Shown here: in pieces, positions 1 through 9,751 of the stretch
Position numbering within the stretch: the stretch's first letter is position 1
How the letters are laid out: each line of letters starts with the position of its first letter
Origin: Oscillospiraceae bacterium
GTDB lineage: Bacteria > Bacillota > Clostridia > Oscillospirales > Ruminococcaceae
Length of the DNA: 41,157 nucleotides
Reading direction: 5' to 3'
Assembly (NCBI GenBank): GCA_030538855.1
Contig: JAUNTE010000001.1
Coordinates: 1 to 41,157 of the forward strand
Position numbers and translations under genes: made by a program
The notes under the pieces: model-generated
Seen by the model: only the letters and a program-made list of their open reading frames with translations
Databases searched by the model: none
Told to the model about the DNA's origin: nothing

Positions 1-166
1 CTAAAAGGCCGTAAAGCCCCGGACCGAGGGTGAAGCTGACGCCATCCAGCGCCTTTTTCAGCCGGCCGCCGTCCGGGCGTTTTTCATCTTTTGGCGCGGG
101 GTAGCTTTTGTGCAGGCCCTGCACGTCGAGGCAGAGCGGTAAAGAGACGTTTTGTGTCAGATCCAT
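1..166 (-). CDS. ABC transporter ATP-binding protein, N-terminal fragment (gene runs off the left edge)
   Basis: Minus-strand ATG at 166-164 follows AAAGGTGA. Translation is MDLTQNVSLPLCLDVQGLHKSYPAPKDEKRPDGGRLKKALDGVSFTLGPGLYGLL, a typical ABC ATPase N-terminus leading into the Walker A loop. It is missing from the ORF track because it is truncated. Confidence 0.6.
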   Translation of the reverse strand, partial: MDLTQNVSLPLCLDVQGLHKSYPAPKDEKRPDGGRLKKALDGVSFTLGPGLYGLL

Positions 167-766
167 GGTGAGTCACCTTTCAAGAATAAAATATGACGAA
201 TGCGGGCGGCGTAGGGCAAAGGGCCGCGCGGCGGCAAAGCGGCGGAAGGGTGCGGTAAGCAGGGGGAAAGCAGAGTACAGCGGATAAGTGTGCGTCTGGG
301 ATATGCTTTCCTGTTCTTTTTCCTCGGAGGCGGGTTTCGGCAATCCGGGTAACGGGCGGCGGATAAACCGGTAAAGACCTGCGGCCAAAGGCCGCCGCCG
401 TACGCGGCGGCAGGGCCGCTTACCGGCCTGCGGGCGCAGCCTTTTTTATTGAGGTACCCGCTATTTTGTATTATAAGAAAAACAAGCTTTTTTTTGTGGC
501 ATTTTTTAGAAGATAGAGTCGAATCATGATTAGGATGGGACGGCTGAAAGCACTGCTATGGCGCGGGGCCATAGGGTTTTAAAAGGGTAAATGTCGAAAT
601 GTGTCGAGCGGAGTATAAGACTATTATAAAGAAAAACGGCGGACTGCGGGCGTATTTTTCCGCTGTTTTTAAAATTTGTCATAGATTACAAAAAATGGAA
701 AATATTTTTGCGAAACTGCCGAACCTGCCCCAAGGCGCGGCCAGACAGATAAAAAGCGGAAACCCC

Positions 767-794
767 TTGCATTTTTCAAAAAGGATGGTATACT
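767..794 (+). promoter_or_regulatory. Sigma-A type promoter of the rimP-nusA-infB operon
   Basis: TTGCAT (767-772), a 16-nt spacer, then an extended -10 TGgTATACT (TG 786-787, TATACT 789-794). Confidence 0.5.
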
Positions 795-824
795 ATATAT
801 TCGTAAGCTGAATAAACCAAATCC

Positions 825-864
825 GAAGAGTGGGCTTGACAAAAGCCCGCTCTTCTCTGTTGTT
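825..864 (+). terminator. Leader hairpin plus U-rich tract (possible attenuator) upstream of rimP
   Basis: GAAGAGTGGGCTT-GACA-AAGCCCGCTCTTC followed by TCTGTTGTT. It lies between the promoter and the rimP SD. Confidence 0.45.
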
Positions 865-887
865 ACAGCGAAAACAGGAGGTGCCGG

Positions 888-1373
888 ATGGCAAAGGGAA
901 AGGGCGGTGTGACCGCCGTGGTAGAGGCGCTGGCCGCGCCGGTGGCGCAGGCGCAGGGCCTTGTTTTGTGGGACGTGCGCTTTGAAAAAGAGGGGCCGGA
1001 CCGGTTTTTGCGCGTATTGGCCGACCGGGCCGACGGTGAAGTGATGGATACCGACGCCTGCGAAAAATTTTCACGCGCGCTCGACCCGCTGCTGGACGAG
1101 GCCGACCCCATCCCGGAGAGCTATTACCTCGAGGTGGGCAGCCCCGGCCTTGGCCGCCGCCTGACGAGAGAGGAGCATTTTGAAGCCATGGCCGGGCGTG
1201 AGGTGACGGCGCATCTGTACCGCCCCCGGAACGGACAGCGCGATATCGAGGGCATCCTGCGCGGCAAAACCGCCGAAGGCGTGATTTTGACGACGGCGGA
1301 AGAAGGAGACCTTACGCTGGAAAAAGATGCTGTAGCATATGTGAAGCTGAACGACGATAAAGATTTATTTTGA
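888..1373 (+). CDS. rimP: Ribosome maturation factor RimP
   Basis: 161 aa with a YLEVGSPGLGRRL motif, directly upstream of nusA. SD is AGGAGGTG. Confidence 0.9.
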   Translation: MAKGKGGVTAVVEALAAPVAQAQGLVLWDVRFEKEGPDRFLRVLADRADGEVMDTDACEKFSRALDPLLDEADPIPESYYLEVGSPGLGRRLTREEHFEAMAGREVTAHLYRPRNGQRDIEGILRGKTAEGVILTTAEEGDLTLEKDAVAYVKLNDDKDLF

Positions 1374-1388
1374 GGAGGATACCGGAAA

Positions 1389-2555
1389 ATGAATAACGAA
1401 TTTTTTGAAGCGCTTGCCATGCTGGAGAAGGAACGCGGCATCAGCGCGGAAGAATTGATTGCAAAGATCACCAAAGCCATCGAGAGCGCCGTGAAAAAGG
1501 ATTACGAGGTGGATGAAGACCGCATCAAGGTAGAGATCGACCCCGAGAGCGGCAAATTTGCGGTATCCATCATCAAAGACGTTGTAGATGAGATGCCCGG
1601 CGTCCGCCGCCCTGACCCTGAGCCTGTAAAAGAGCAGGCGGAGGACGGCGATGAGATGGAGGAGGCCCCCGTGCACCGCGAACCGCCTGTCAACCTTCAC
1701 AACTATATTTTGACGCCGGACGCTCAGGAGATCCGCAAAACGGCCAAGGCGGGCGGGCAGATCGCCATCCCCCTGAAGACCAAAGAGTTTGGGCGCATCG
1801 CGGCCCAGACGGCCAAGCATGTCATCCGCCAGGGCCTGCGGGAGGCCGAGCGCAGCCAGCTTTATAACGAGATGCAGTCAAAGGCGCATGAGATCGTGGG
1901 CGCCGTCGTCACCCGGGTGGATGATAAACGCGGCATCGTCAGCCTGGAGCTTGGCAAGGGCGAGGCCATCCTGCCCCGCAACGAGCAGGTGCCCGGCGAG
2001 GAACTGTACGAGGGACAGCATGTGAAGGTGTACGTCGTCGATGTGACGGTGACCGACCGCGGCCCGAAGGTTATGATCAGCCGTACCCACCCCGGCCTTG
2101 TCAAGCGGATGTTTGAGATGGAGGTGCCTGAGATATTCGACGGCACCGTCGAGATCAGGGCCATCAGCCGTGAGGCCGGCATGCGCACCAAAATGGCGGT
2201 GTGGTCAAAGGACGAAAATGTCGACCCCGTCGGCGCCTGCATCGGCCCCCATGGCCAGCGGGTGAGCAGCATCGTAGAGGAGCTGGGCGGAGAAAAGATC
2301 GACATTGTGCGTTACAGCGACGACCCGGCCGAATTTATCTCAGCGGCGCTTTCGCCCGCCAGCGTGGTGAAGGTAGAGCTGCTGGAGGGCGACCAGAAAA
2401 GCTGCCGGGTGACCGTGCCCGATCACCAGCTGTCGCTGGCCATCGGCAACAAAGGGCAGAACGCCCGGTTGACCGCCCGGCTGACGGGCTATAATATCGA
2501 TATTCGGCCCGAAAGCGGATATTACGGAGAAGAGGAACCCGCCGCGGAAAAATAA
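1389..2555 (+). CDS. nusA: Transcription termination/antitermination factor NusA
   Basis: 388 aa with N-terminal, S1 and two KH regions (LSLAIGNKGQNARL). Conserved operon position. Confidence 0.97.
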   Translation: MNNEFFEALAMLEKERGISAEELIAKITKAIESAVKKDYEVDEDRIKVEIDPESGKFAVSIIKDVVDEMPGVRRPDPEPVKEQAEDGDEMEEAPVHREPPVNLHNYILTPDAQEIRKTAKAGGQIAIPLKTKEFGRIAAQTAKHVIRQGLREAERSQLYNEMQSKAHEIVGAVVTRVDDKRGIVSLELGKGEAILPRNEQVPGEELYEGQHVKVYVVDVTVTDRGPKVMISRTHPGLVKRMFEMEVPEIFDGTVEIRAISREAGMRTKMAVWSKDENVDPVGACIGPHGQRVSSIVEELGGEKIDIVRYSDDPAEFISAALSPASVVKVELLEGDQKSCRVTVPDHQLSLAIGNKGQNARLTARLTGYNIDIRPESGYYGEEEPAAEK

Positions 2556-2603
2556 GGGGCGGACTGAAAATAAATGCTGCTTGCAGGAGGGAGAAGGGCT
2601 GCC

Positions 2604-2882
2604 ATGAAAAAGATACCCGTGCGCAAATGCGTTGGCTGTATGGAGCAGAAGCCTAAAAAAGAGCTGGTGCGCGTCGTACGCTCTGCCGAAGGAGAGATCT
2701 CGGTGGATCTGACGGGAAAAAAAGCGGGCAGGGGGGCCTATCTCTGCCCGGACGCGGCCTGCCTTGCCAAAGCGCGCAAGGCCAAAAGGCTGGAGCGCGG
2801 CTTTGCCTGTGAGATACCGCCTGAAATTTATGAGCGGCTTGAAGGCGAGATAGGCCAGCGCGCCGGGGAGACGCCGGAATGA
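2604..2882 (+). CDS. ylxR: YlxR/DUF448 family RNA-binding protein
   Basis: MKKIPVRKCVGCMEQKPKKELVRVV and GRGAYLC motifs. I chose the internal ATG at 2604 because it follows GGAGGGAG. Position between nusA and infB. Confidence 0.85.
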   Translation: MKKIPVRKCVGCMEQKPKKELVRVVRSAEGEISVDLTGKKAGRGAYLCPDAACLAKARKAKRLERGFACEIPPEIYERLEGEIGQRAGETPE

Positions 2883-3184
2883 ACAAGCTGGTTTCGGCCC
2901 TCAGCCTGTGCCGCCGCGCCCGCGCCCTCACCTGCGGTTTTGACGCCGTGAAAGAGGACGTTATGCGGGGGCGGGCCGTGCTGGTGCTGACGGCCGCCGA
3001 TCTCTCGCCAAAAACCCGGCAGCGGGTGGAACGCTTTTGTGAAGAACTGGCGCCGCTGAAAACGCTGCCCCTCGCCGCAGACGACCTGCTGGCGATCACC
3101 CGCAAGCCCACCGCGGTGTTCGCGGTGACAGATGAGAACCTGGCCGCGCTTGTGGAGAAGAATCTCGAAGGAGGAACGCTATAA
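2879..3184 (+). CDS. ylxQ: L7Ae-family ribosome-associated protein (YlxQ-like)
   Basis: 101 aa. ATGA overlap with ylxR, canonical position before infB. Confidence 0.8.
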   Translation: MNKLVSALSLCRRARALTCGFDAVKEDVMRGRAVLVLTAADLSPKTRQRVERFCEELAPLKTLPLAADDLLAITRKPTAVFAVTDENLAALVEKNLEGGTL

Positions 3185-3185
3185 T

Positions 3186-5546
3186 ATGGCTATCAATATA
3201 AAATATAAACTTGGCGATTTTGCGAAGGATCTGGGGCTTGCGAATAAAGACCTGATCGACCTGTTCAGCGCGAAAGGCGGCGAAGCGAAAAAACATACCT
3301 CGCCCCTCAGCGAGGACGAGATGAACTACGCCCTGGAAAAGCTGACAAGGGAAAAACAGGTAAAGAGCCTGGATGCTTATCTGGCCTCGGGCCAGCCCGA
3401 GAAGAAAGAGGTGCCCGCCGAGCCGCTGAAACGCGCGGACGGTACCGTGGTTGAGGCGCCCCAGACCAAAAAGCACCCGCCTGTAAAAGAGCAGCAGGGC
3501 GAAAAGCCGCAGAAAGCCGCCGCGCCGAAGCGCGAGGTGGTGACCATGACGGTGGATACCAGGACGGTGGACATAAACCTGGACAAATTCAACGAAAAAT
3601 ATACCGAGCTTGCCCAATCCAAGCCGCAGGCCAACCGCAAGAAAAAGACCGCGGGCAATCAGAACAAGCAGAAGTTCGGCCAAAAACAAAACAACCGCTT
3701 TGGCGGACGCGGCCCGGGCGGCAATTTTGGCCGCCGCCGTGAGACAGAGGCGGAGCGGCTGCAGCGCATCCAGTTGGAGAAGGCCAGAAAAGCCCAGCTG
3801 AAGGTGCAGATACCCGACGAGATCGCGGTGGGAGAACTGGCCGCGCGGCTGAAAGTGACCGCCGCCCAGGTCATCAAAAAGCTGATGGGGCTGGGTGTGA
3901 TGGCCTCGGTTGCCGAACTGGTGGATTTTGATACCGCCGCTTTGGTGGCCGACGAGCTGGGCGCGAAGGTGGAACATGAGGTACATGTCACCATTGAAGA
4001 GCAGCTGTTCAGCGAAGAGGTGCAGGACACCGAAGAAAACCTGGAGGAACGGCCCCCTGTGGTGGTGGTGATGGGCCACGTCGACCACGGCAAGACCTCT
4101 ATTCTGGACGCTATCCGCAAGACCCGTGTGACGGCGGCCGAAGCTGGCGGCATCACCCAGGCCATCGGCGCGTATCAGGTTGAGATGAACGGGAAAGTCA
4201 TCACCTTCCTTGACACGCCGGGCCATGAGGCGTTTACCTCTATGCGCGCCCGGGGCGCGAACCTCACCGATATTGCGGTGCTGGTGGTGGCCGCCGACGA
4301 CGGCATTATGCCCCAGACCATTGAATCCATCAACCACGCCAAGGCTGCGGGCGTCACCGTTATCGTAGCCATCAACAAAATGGATAAACCCACCGCCAAC
4401 CCCGACCATGTAAAGGAACAGCTGACACAGTATGAGCTGGTGCCCGAGGAATGGGGCGGAGACACCATCTGCGTGCCGGTGTCGGCAATGACGGGCGAAG
4501 GCATCGATAACCTTCTGGAGAGTATCAACCTGGTGGCGGAACTGAAAGAACTGAAGGCCAACCCGCACCGCCGCGCCAAGGGCGCTGTTGTCGAGGCGCG
4601 TCTGGATAAGGGGAAAGGCCCTGTCGCCACGATATTGGTGCAGAACGGCACCCTCAACCAGGGCGATGTGATCATCGCGGGCACCGCCGTGGGCCGTGTG
4701 CGCGTAATGACGAACGACCAGGGCGAAAAGCTGGAGCAGGCAGGCCCCTCTACCCCGGTAGAGATCACCGGCCTGACCGAGGTGCCCGCCGCGGGCGACG
4801 TTTTTGACGCGGTAGAAGACGAGAAGCTGGCCAGAGAACTGGCTGAAAAACGGCAGAACGCCGCCAAAGAGGAACAGTTCAGCAGCTATCAGAAGGTGAC
4901 GCTGGAGAATCTGTTCAGCCAGATCGCGCAGGGCGAGATGAAAGAGCTGCCCATCGTGGTAAAGGCCGACGTACAGGGCAGTGCCGAGGCTGTCAAGCAG
5001 AGCCTTGAAAAGCTCTCAAATGAAGAGGTGCGCGTCAAGGTCATCCACGCCGGGGTGGGCGCCGTCTCAAAAAGCGACGTCATGCTGGCGGAGGCCAGCC
5101 ACGCCATCATCATTGGCTTCAACGTACGGCCTGACCAGGTGGCCAAAGCCGAGGCGGAGCAGGCCGACGTTGAAATGCGGATGTACCGTGTCATCTACGA
5201 CGCCATCAACGACGTCACCGACGCGCTGAAAGGCATGCTGGCCCCGAAATACCGTGAGGTGGAGCTGGGCCGCGCCGAAGTGCGGCTGGTATACAAAATA
5301 TCCTCTGCCGGTACCATTGCGGGCTGCTATGTGCAGGAGGGCAAGATTACCCGGGCCGCCAAGATACGCCTGGTGCGCGACGGCGTGGTGATCACCGAGG
5401 ACGAGATCGACTCTCTGCGCCGGTTTAAAGACGACGTAAAAGAGGTTGCCAGCGGCTATGAGTGCGGCGTCGGCCTTCAAAAATTTGCGGATATTAAAGA
5501 AGGCGATATTTTTGAAGCGTTTATCATGGAGGAGTACCGCGAATAA
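3186..5546 (+). CDS. infB: Translation initiation factor IF-2
   Basis: GTPase motifs [14 protein letters not shown] and NKMD. I chose the start [14 protein letters not shown] at 3186, right after the ylxQ stop and behind GAAGGAGGAA. Confidence 0.97.
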   Translation: MAINIKYKLGDFAKDLGLANKDLIDLFSAKGGEAKKHTSPLSEDEMNYALEKLTREKQVKSLDAYLASGQPEKKEVPAEPLKRADGTVVEAPQTKKHPPVKEQQGEKPQKAAAPKREVVTMTVDTRTVDINLDKFNEKYTELAQSKPQANRKKKTAGNQNKQKFGQKQNNRFGGRGPGGNFGRRRETEAERLQRIQLEKARKAQLKVQIPDEIAVGELAARLKVTAAQVIKKLMGLGVMASVAELVDFDTAALVADELGAKVEHEVHVTIEEQLFSEEVQDTEENLEERPPVVVVMGHVDHGKTSILDAIRKTRVTAAEAGGITQAIGAYQVEMNGKVITFLDTPGHEAFTSMRARGANLTDIAVLVVAADDGIMPQTIESINHAKAAGVTVIVAINKMDKPTANPDHVKEQLTQYELVPEEWGGDTICVPVSAMTGEGIDNLLESINLVAELKELKANPHRRAKGAVVEARLDKGKGPVATILVQNGTLNQGDVIIAGTAVGRVRVMTNDQGEKLEQAGPSTPVEITGLTEVPAAGDVFDAVEDEKLARELAEKRQNAAKEEQFSSYQKVTLENLFSQIAQGEMKELPIVVKADVQGSAEAVKQSLEKLSNEEVRVKVIHAGVGAVSKSDVMLAEASHAIIIGFNVRPDQVAKAEAEQADVEMRMYRVIYDAINDVTDALKGMLAPKYREVELGRAEVRLVYKISSAGTIAGCYVQEGKITRAAKIRLVRDGVVITEDEIDSLRRFKDDVKEVASGYECGVGLQKFADIKEGDIFEAFIMEEYRE

Positions 5547-5640
5547 TGTTATTGCCGGGATACCGTCCGGCAGCAAAACTTTTATAAACGGTGAGAGTGG
5601 GGCCCGGCCCTGCCGGGCCTCATGAGAAAGGAACGGGACT

Positions 5641-5997
5641 ATGCCTCAAAGCAAACATGGACGTCTCAATGAAGATATGAAACGGATGGTCGTGGCCATC
5701 ATCGGAGAGATGAAGGACCCACGGGTACAGGGATTTCTCACGGTGACCCGGGTAGAGGTGACGCAGGACCTTTCCAGCGCCAAGGTGCATGTGAGCGTGC
5801 TGGACGGCCCGCGCAGCGCCGAGGCCACCGCCGAGGCGGTGGCGGCGCTGAAACGGGCCGCCGGGCATATCCGCGGAGAGGTGAGCCGCCGCATGCACAT
5901 CCGCAAAGCGCCGGAGTTTATTTTTCTGGCCGACGGCGGCGCCGCTTACGCCGCCCATATCAACGAGATGATTGAGGAACTGAAAGATAATGAGTGA
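5641..5997 (+). CDS. rbfA: Ribosome-binding factor A
   Basis: 118 aa with a TVTRVEVTQDLSSAKVHVSV motif. Follows infB. Confidence 0.93.
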   Translation: MPQSKHGRLNEDMKRMVVAIIGEMKDPRVQGFLTVTRVEVTQDLSSAKVHVSVLDGPRSAEATAEAVAALKRAAGHIRGEVSRRMHIRKAPEFIFLADGGAAYAAHINEMIEELKDNE

Positions 5998-6985
5998 GAT
6001 TTTGACGATAGAGCAGGCTATCGAGCGTCTGCGCGCGGCTGACGACATATTGCTGCTTTGCCATAAAAACCCGGACGGCGACACCCTGGGCAGCGCGGGC
6101 GCGCTGTATTGGGCGCTGCGGCAGCTTGGCAAACGGGCGGCGGTGCTGTGCAGCGACCCCATACCCGACCGGTATGCCTATATGGAATTGGGGGCATATG
6201 CCGAAGATTTTGAGCCCGGGTATATCGTGGCGGTGGATGTGGCGGGGCTGCAGCTGTTCGGCGAAGCCACGGTGGGCTACGGCGAAAGGGCCGACCTGTG
6301 CATCGATCATCACCCCAGCAACAGCGGCTATGCAAAAGCTTTGCTGCTGGATGGAGAAGCCGCGGCCACGGCCGAGTTCATCTATGGATTGCTGCTTGAG
6401 ATGGGCGTGGAGATCACCCCCTGCATCGCAAGCTGCCTGTATACCGGCGTTGCAACCGACACGGGCTGTTTTAAATTTGCCAATACCACGCCCAAAACCC
6501 ATGCCGTAGCGGCAAAGCTGATGGAGTTGGGCGCCGATTACCAAATGCTGAACACCCTTTTATTTGAGAGCAAAAGCCGCCCGCGCCTTGCGATTGAAAA
6601 GCGGTCTCTTGAAAACCTGCGCTATTATTACGGGGGCAAATGCGCCGTGGTGGCACTGAGCCGTGAAGAGATCGAAGAGAGCGGCGCGGACAGCACAGAC
6701 CTTGAGGGCATCACTGCCATCCCGCGGATGATTGAAGGGGTGAAGGTGGGCATCACAGTGCGCCAGCAGCCCACCGGCAGCTATAAGGTAAGCGTACGTA
6801 CCTCACGGGATGTGGACGCCTGCGCCATCGCCGCGCGCTTGGGCGGCGGCGGCCATAAACAGGCCGCCGGGTGCGAGATCATCGGCGGTATGAAATATGC
6901 CGTTGACGCGCTGTTGGCGGAGACCGCCAAGGAGTTGGGGGTCGAGCCTGAGCAATCGGCCGACGAGGGCGCGGCGCTATGCTGA
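5990..6985 (+). CDS. nrnA: DHH/DHHA1 phosphoesterase (NrnA-type oligoribonuclease / pAp phosphatase)
   Basis: Motifs HKNPDGDTLGS, DHHPSN and GGGGHKQAAG. Overlaps the rbfA stop by 8 nt. Confidence 0.85.
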   Translation: MSEILTIEQAIERLRAADDILLLCHKNPDGDTLGSAGALYWALRQLGKRAAVLCSDPIPDRYAYMELGAYAEDFEPGYIVAVDVAGLQLFGEATVGYGERADLCIDHHPSNSGYAKALLLDGEAAATAEFIYGLLLEMGVEITPCIASCLYTGVATDTGCFKFANTTPKTHAVAAKLMELGADYQMLNTLLFESKSRPRLAIEKRSLENLRYYYGGKCAVVALSREEIEESGADSTDLEGITAIPRMIEGVKVGITVRQQPTGSYKVSVRTSRDVDACAIAARLGGGGHKQAAGCEIIGGMKYAVDALLAETAKELGVEPEQSADEGAALC

Positions 6986-7857
6986 ACGGCGTCTTGATCG
7001 TGGATAAGCCTGCGGGCTGGACGAGCTTTGACGTGGTGGCAAAGATGCGGGGCGTGCTTGGCACTAAAAAAATTGGACACAGCGGCACGCTTGACCCGAT
7101 GGCCACCGGCGTGCTGCCTCTTTTTGTAGGCCCCGCCGCCCGCGCCGTGGATATGCAGCAGGACCACACCAAGGCTTATGAAGCAAAAGCTTTTTTTGGC
7201 CTGCGCACCGACACCGGCGATATTACCGGAAGGGTGCTGGAGGAAAAAAAGGTGCTGATAGAAGAGGCTGCGGTTAAAGCGGCCCTGCCTTTTTTTGCGG
7301 GAAAACAGATGCAGACGCCGCCGATGTATTCAGCCGTCAAGGTGAACGGCCAGCCCCTTTATAAGCTGGCCCGCAAAGGGCAGGAGGCCGTGCGCGCCCC
7401 CCGCCCGATAGAGATATTTTCTTTCGATTATCTGAGGCGGGAAGAGGAAAACGAGTTTTGGGTACGGGTCTCCTGCTCAAAAGGTACTTATGTGCGGGTG
7501 CTGATAGAAGAATTGGGCCAAAGGCTGGATGCGCCTGCCGTGCTGAGCGGCCTGCGGCGCATACGCAGCGGCGCATATACCCTTGAAAAGGCGCATACGG
7601 TAGATGAGATATGCCGCGCCAAAGAAGAGGGCCGGCTGAAAGACCTGCTGTACCCGGTGGACTCGGTATTTCCCCAGTATCCCGCCGTGACGGTGGGCGC
7701 TGCGTGCGCGGCAGCTTTGAAAAACGGCGCGAAAAGCGCCTTGGCCTTAGAGGACGGCGTTTACCGCGCCTATTTTGAAGAGGGCTTTTTAGGCCTTTTC
7801 GAGGTGCAGTGCGGCGAAGCGAAGGTAAAACGACTATTTATAGAGCGGGAGGGATGA
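6979..7857 (+). CDS. truB: tRNA pseudouridine(55) synthase TruB
   Basis: GVLIVDKPAGWTSFDVV and GHSGTLDPMATGVL motifs. Confidence 0.95.
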   Translation: MLNGVLIVDKPAGWTSFDVVAKMRGVLGTKKIGHSGTLDPMATGVLPLFVGPAARAVDMQQDHTKAYEAKAFFGLRTDTGDITGRVLEEKKVLIEEAAVKAALPFFAGKQMQTPPMYSAVKVNGQPLYKLARKGQEAVRAPRPIEIFSFDYLRREEENEFWVRVSCSKGTYVRVLIEELGQRLDAPAVLSGLRRIRSGAYTLEKAHTVDEICRAKEEGRLKDLLYPVDSVFPQYPAVTVGAACAAALKNGAKSALALEDGVYRAYFEEGFLGLFEVQCGEAKVKRLFIEREG

Positions 7858-8798
7858 GCCGGATGGAATGCGTCACCGATCTCTCGTTGGCGGCGCCCTA
7901 TGCCGCCGGGGGCAGCGCCGTGGCCCTGGGATATTTTGACGGCGTGCATCTGGGACATCAAAAGGTAGTAGGGGAAGCGGTGCGCTACGCGCGGGAAAAA
8001 GGGCTTACCCCGGCGGTGTTCACCTTTACTTTTTCAGGCGTGCGCACAAAAGGGCGCGACCTTTATACCGAGAGCGCCCGCCGCGCCGCCCTGCGGGCCC
8101 TGGGGGCCGCGCTGTATGCCGCCCCTTCGTTTGAAAGCTTTCACAATTTGAGCGCGGAAGAATTTGTTGAAAAGGTGCTGCACGGCGTTTTACATGCGAA
8201 AGCGGTTTTTTGCGGTGAGAATTTTCGCTTTGGGCACGCCGCCCAGGGCGACACCGCCCTGCTGAAGGTTTTGTGCGCACGGCTGGGGATCGCGGTGTTT
8301 ATCTGCGGCACCGCCTATTATCAGGGGGCACCCGTCAGCTCCACCCGCATCCGGGCGGCGCTTTCAGAGGGGGATATGCCGTTGGTGAACGCCCTGCTGG
8401 GGCGGCCGTATGAAATCTCGTTTCCTGTAGTGCACGGCAAAAAGCTGGGCCGCACGCTGGGCTTTCCCACCATCAATCAGATTTACCCCGAGGGCATGCA
8501 CACCCCCAAATACGGCATTTACATCACCGGTGTGGTGTTGGAGGGGGAAGAACGGCCCGCCGCCACCGGTTTTGGTGAACGGCCTACGGTGAACGGGCAA
8601 GGCGCCACATGTGAAACGTTTATCCCCGGCTATGAGGGAGACCTTTACGATGAGGCGCCCGTCATCCGGTTTTATGAGTATATCGCCCCCAGCAAAAAGT
8701 TTGACACGCTGGAGGAATTGAAAAACTGCGTTTTTGAAGCGGCGAAAGCGGCGCAGGAGTATTTTAAAAAGCGAAACAGCCAGGGGCCTTTTGTTTGA
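7854..8798 (+). CDS. ribF: Bifunctional riboflavin kinase / FAD synthetase
   Basis: GYFDGVHLGHQ and GFPTINQ motifs. I chose the ATG at 7854, which gives an ATGA overlap with the truB stop. Confidence 0.93.
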   Translation: MSRMECVTDLSLAAPYAAGGSAVALGYFDGVHLGHQKVVGEAVRYAREKGLTPAVFTFTFSGVRTKGRDLYTESARRAALRALGAALYAAPSFESFHNLSAEEFVEKVLHGVLHAKAVFCGENFRFGHAAQGDTALLKVLCARLGIAVFICGTAYYQGAPVSSTRIRAALSEGDMPLVNALLGRPYEISFPVVHGKKLGRTLGFPTINQIYPEGMHTPKYGIYITGVVLEGEERPAATGFGERPTVNGQGATCETFIPGYEGDLYDEAPVIRFYEYIAPSKKFDTLEELKNCVFEAAKAAQEYFKKRNSQGPFV

Positions 8799-8834
8799 AC
8801 GGAAAAATAAAGGATCGCCTATCCTTTAAAGACC

Positions 8835-8910
8835 GGACGCAGTGAAAAATATGGACAGCGAAAGAGACGATTCTCCATGCGGCGTCCATAGCCTGCGTCC
8901 TGTTTTTTAT
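8835..8910 (+). terminator. Long compound hairpin plus U-run ending the nusA-ribF operon
   Basis: GGACGCAG (8835-8842) pairs with CTGCGTCC (8893-8900), with a nested TATGGAC/GTCCATA stem, followed by TGTTTTTTATTTT. A second small hairpin at 8809-8827 has a U-run only on the minus strand. Confidence 0.6.
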
Positions 8911-8920
8911 TTTGAGATTA

Positions 8921-9057
8921 TTTTTTATTACTGCGCAATAAAAAATAATTGATCTCGATGGCCTCGCCCTCGCCGCTAAAGCGGCAACCGGGCGAATAAC
9001 CAAAAAATAAACATGATAACCCCAGCCGCAGCGTCATTCATTCTCGGCTATTTTTTA
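8921..9057. repeat. Conserved intergenic element, copy A (partner at 17315-17427)
   Basis: The 49-nt core at 8949-8997 matches 17340-17388 at 45/49 in the same orientation. Both copies share the layout: A/T palindrome around TGCGCA, core, A-rich linker, then an AGCC..GGCT hairpin plus T-run. Confidence 0.7.
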
Positions 9058-9253
9058 CAGCAGCGTTCTTTTTATTATATCAAAGACAGAAACAGCGTTG
9101 ACGGTGTGGGAGATATTTACCATTACCGGTACGCCGGTAACTTTTATTATGTTGACCGGCGGGGCCGCATTGATGAGTGTCGGTGCAATTTAGAAGAAGG
9201 TGCCTGCAGATATTTAGGCCCTGCGCGTGTTTACAGAGAAGAGAAAACTTTGC

Positions 9254-9282
9254 TTTACAAATTTCAGGCTTCATGCTATAAT
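9254..9282 (+). promoter_or_regulatory. rpsO promoter
   Basis: TTTACA (9254-9259), a 17-nt spacer, TATAAT (9277-9282). This gives a leader of about 117 nt. Confidence 0.6.
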
Positions 9283-9399
9283 AACCGCATATGCTGTACC
9301 CGTGCGCTCAGTTTTGGGTGTAAGCTATGAGGGCCTCATCTTCCCACTGCTTAGCTTCGGGCGTATCAGCAAATAAAAACAAATGAGGAGAAATAACCC

Positions 9400-9657
9400 A
9401 TGCAGGACAAACAGACCATTATTGCCGAAAACCGTGTCAACGAGAAGGACACCGGTTCTCCCGAGGTGCAGGTTGCGCTGCTGACCGCGCGCATCAACCA
9501 CCTGAACGAACATCTGAAAGCCAACAAGCAGGACCATCACAGCTACCGCGGCCTTTTGAAAATGGTTGGCCAACGCCGCCGTCTGCTGGCCTATTTGCAG
9601 AAAAAGGATGTTGTGCGTTACCGCGCCCTGATCGCCAAGCTGGGCCTGCGTAAATAA
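9400..9657 (+). CDS. rpsO: 30S ribosomal protein S15
   Basis: 85 aa with [23 protein letters not shown] and [18 protein letters not shown] motifs. SD is GAGGAG. Confidence 0.97.
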   Translation: MQDKQTIIAENRVNEKDTGSPEVQVALLTARINHLNEHLKANKQDHHSYRGLLKMVGQRRRLLAYLQKKDVVRYRALIAKLGLRK

Positions 9658-9667
9658 GTACCGTATA

Positions 9668-9713
9668 GGGCAGATGACGGCCTTTCGCCGTCATCTGCCT
9701 TGTTACTGTCTTT
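9668..9713 (+). terminator. rpsO terminator or processing hairpin
   Basis: GGGCAGATGACGG-CCTTTCG-CCGTCATCTGCC followed by TTGTTACTGTCTTT. Confidence 0.6.
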
Positions 9714-9751
9714 CGGGCCGTCCGGCCCGAACAAAAACGGCAGGAAGACGG

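Noticed and set aside
3096-4568. 490-aa minus-strand ORF antisense to infB, and similar long antisense or out-of-frame ORFs opposite nusA, pnp, metG, the ABC exporter, birA, proA and others.
   Set aside because: They lie entirely inside well-supported genes, lack an SD, and have Arg/Gly/His/Leu-rich compositions typical of shadow frames in high-GC DNA.
8921-8945. The A/T palindrome of element copy A looks inverted relative to copy B: TTATTAC-TGCGCA-ATAA versus TTAT-TGCGCA-GTAAAA, where B equals the reverse complement of A.
   Set aside because: The hairpin is almost perfectly palindromic, so the only asymmetric positions are one mismatched pair. Two transition mutations explain the difference as well as an inversion does.
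8949-8997. Resemblance of the element core (..CGAUGGCCUCGCC..GCCGC-loop-GCGGC..) to the fluoride (crcB) riboswitch.
   Set aside because: The conserved 3' segment I remember for that class is missing, the junctions differ, and no crcB or fluoride-related gene follows either copy.
9013-9330. 105-aa plus-strand ORF between ribF and rpsO.
   Set aside because: It runs across a terminator-like hairpin (9122-9150) and the rpsO promoter, has no SD, and has odd Cys/Tyr/Arg-rich composition. Treated as non-coding.
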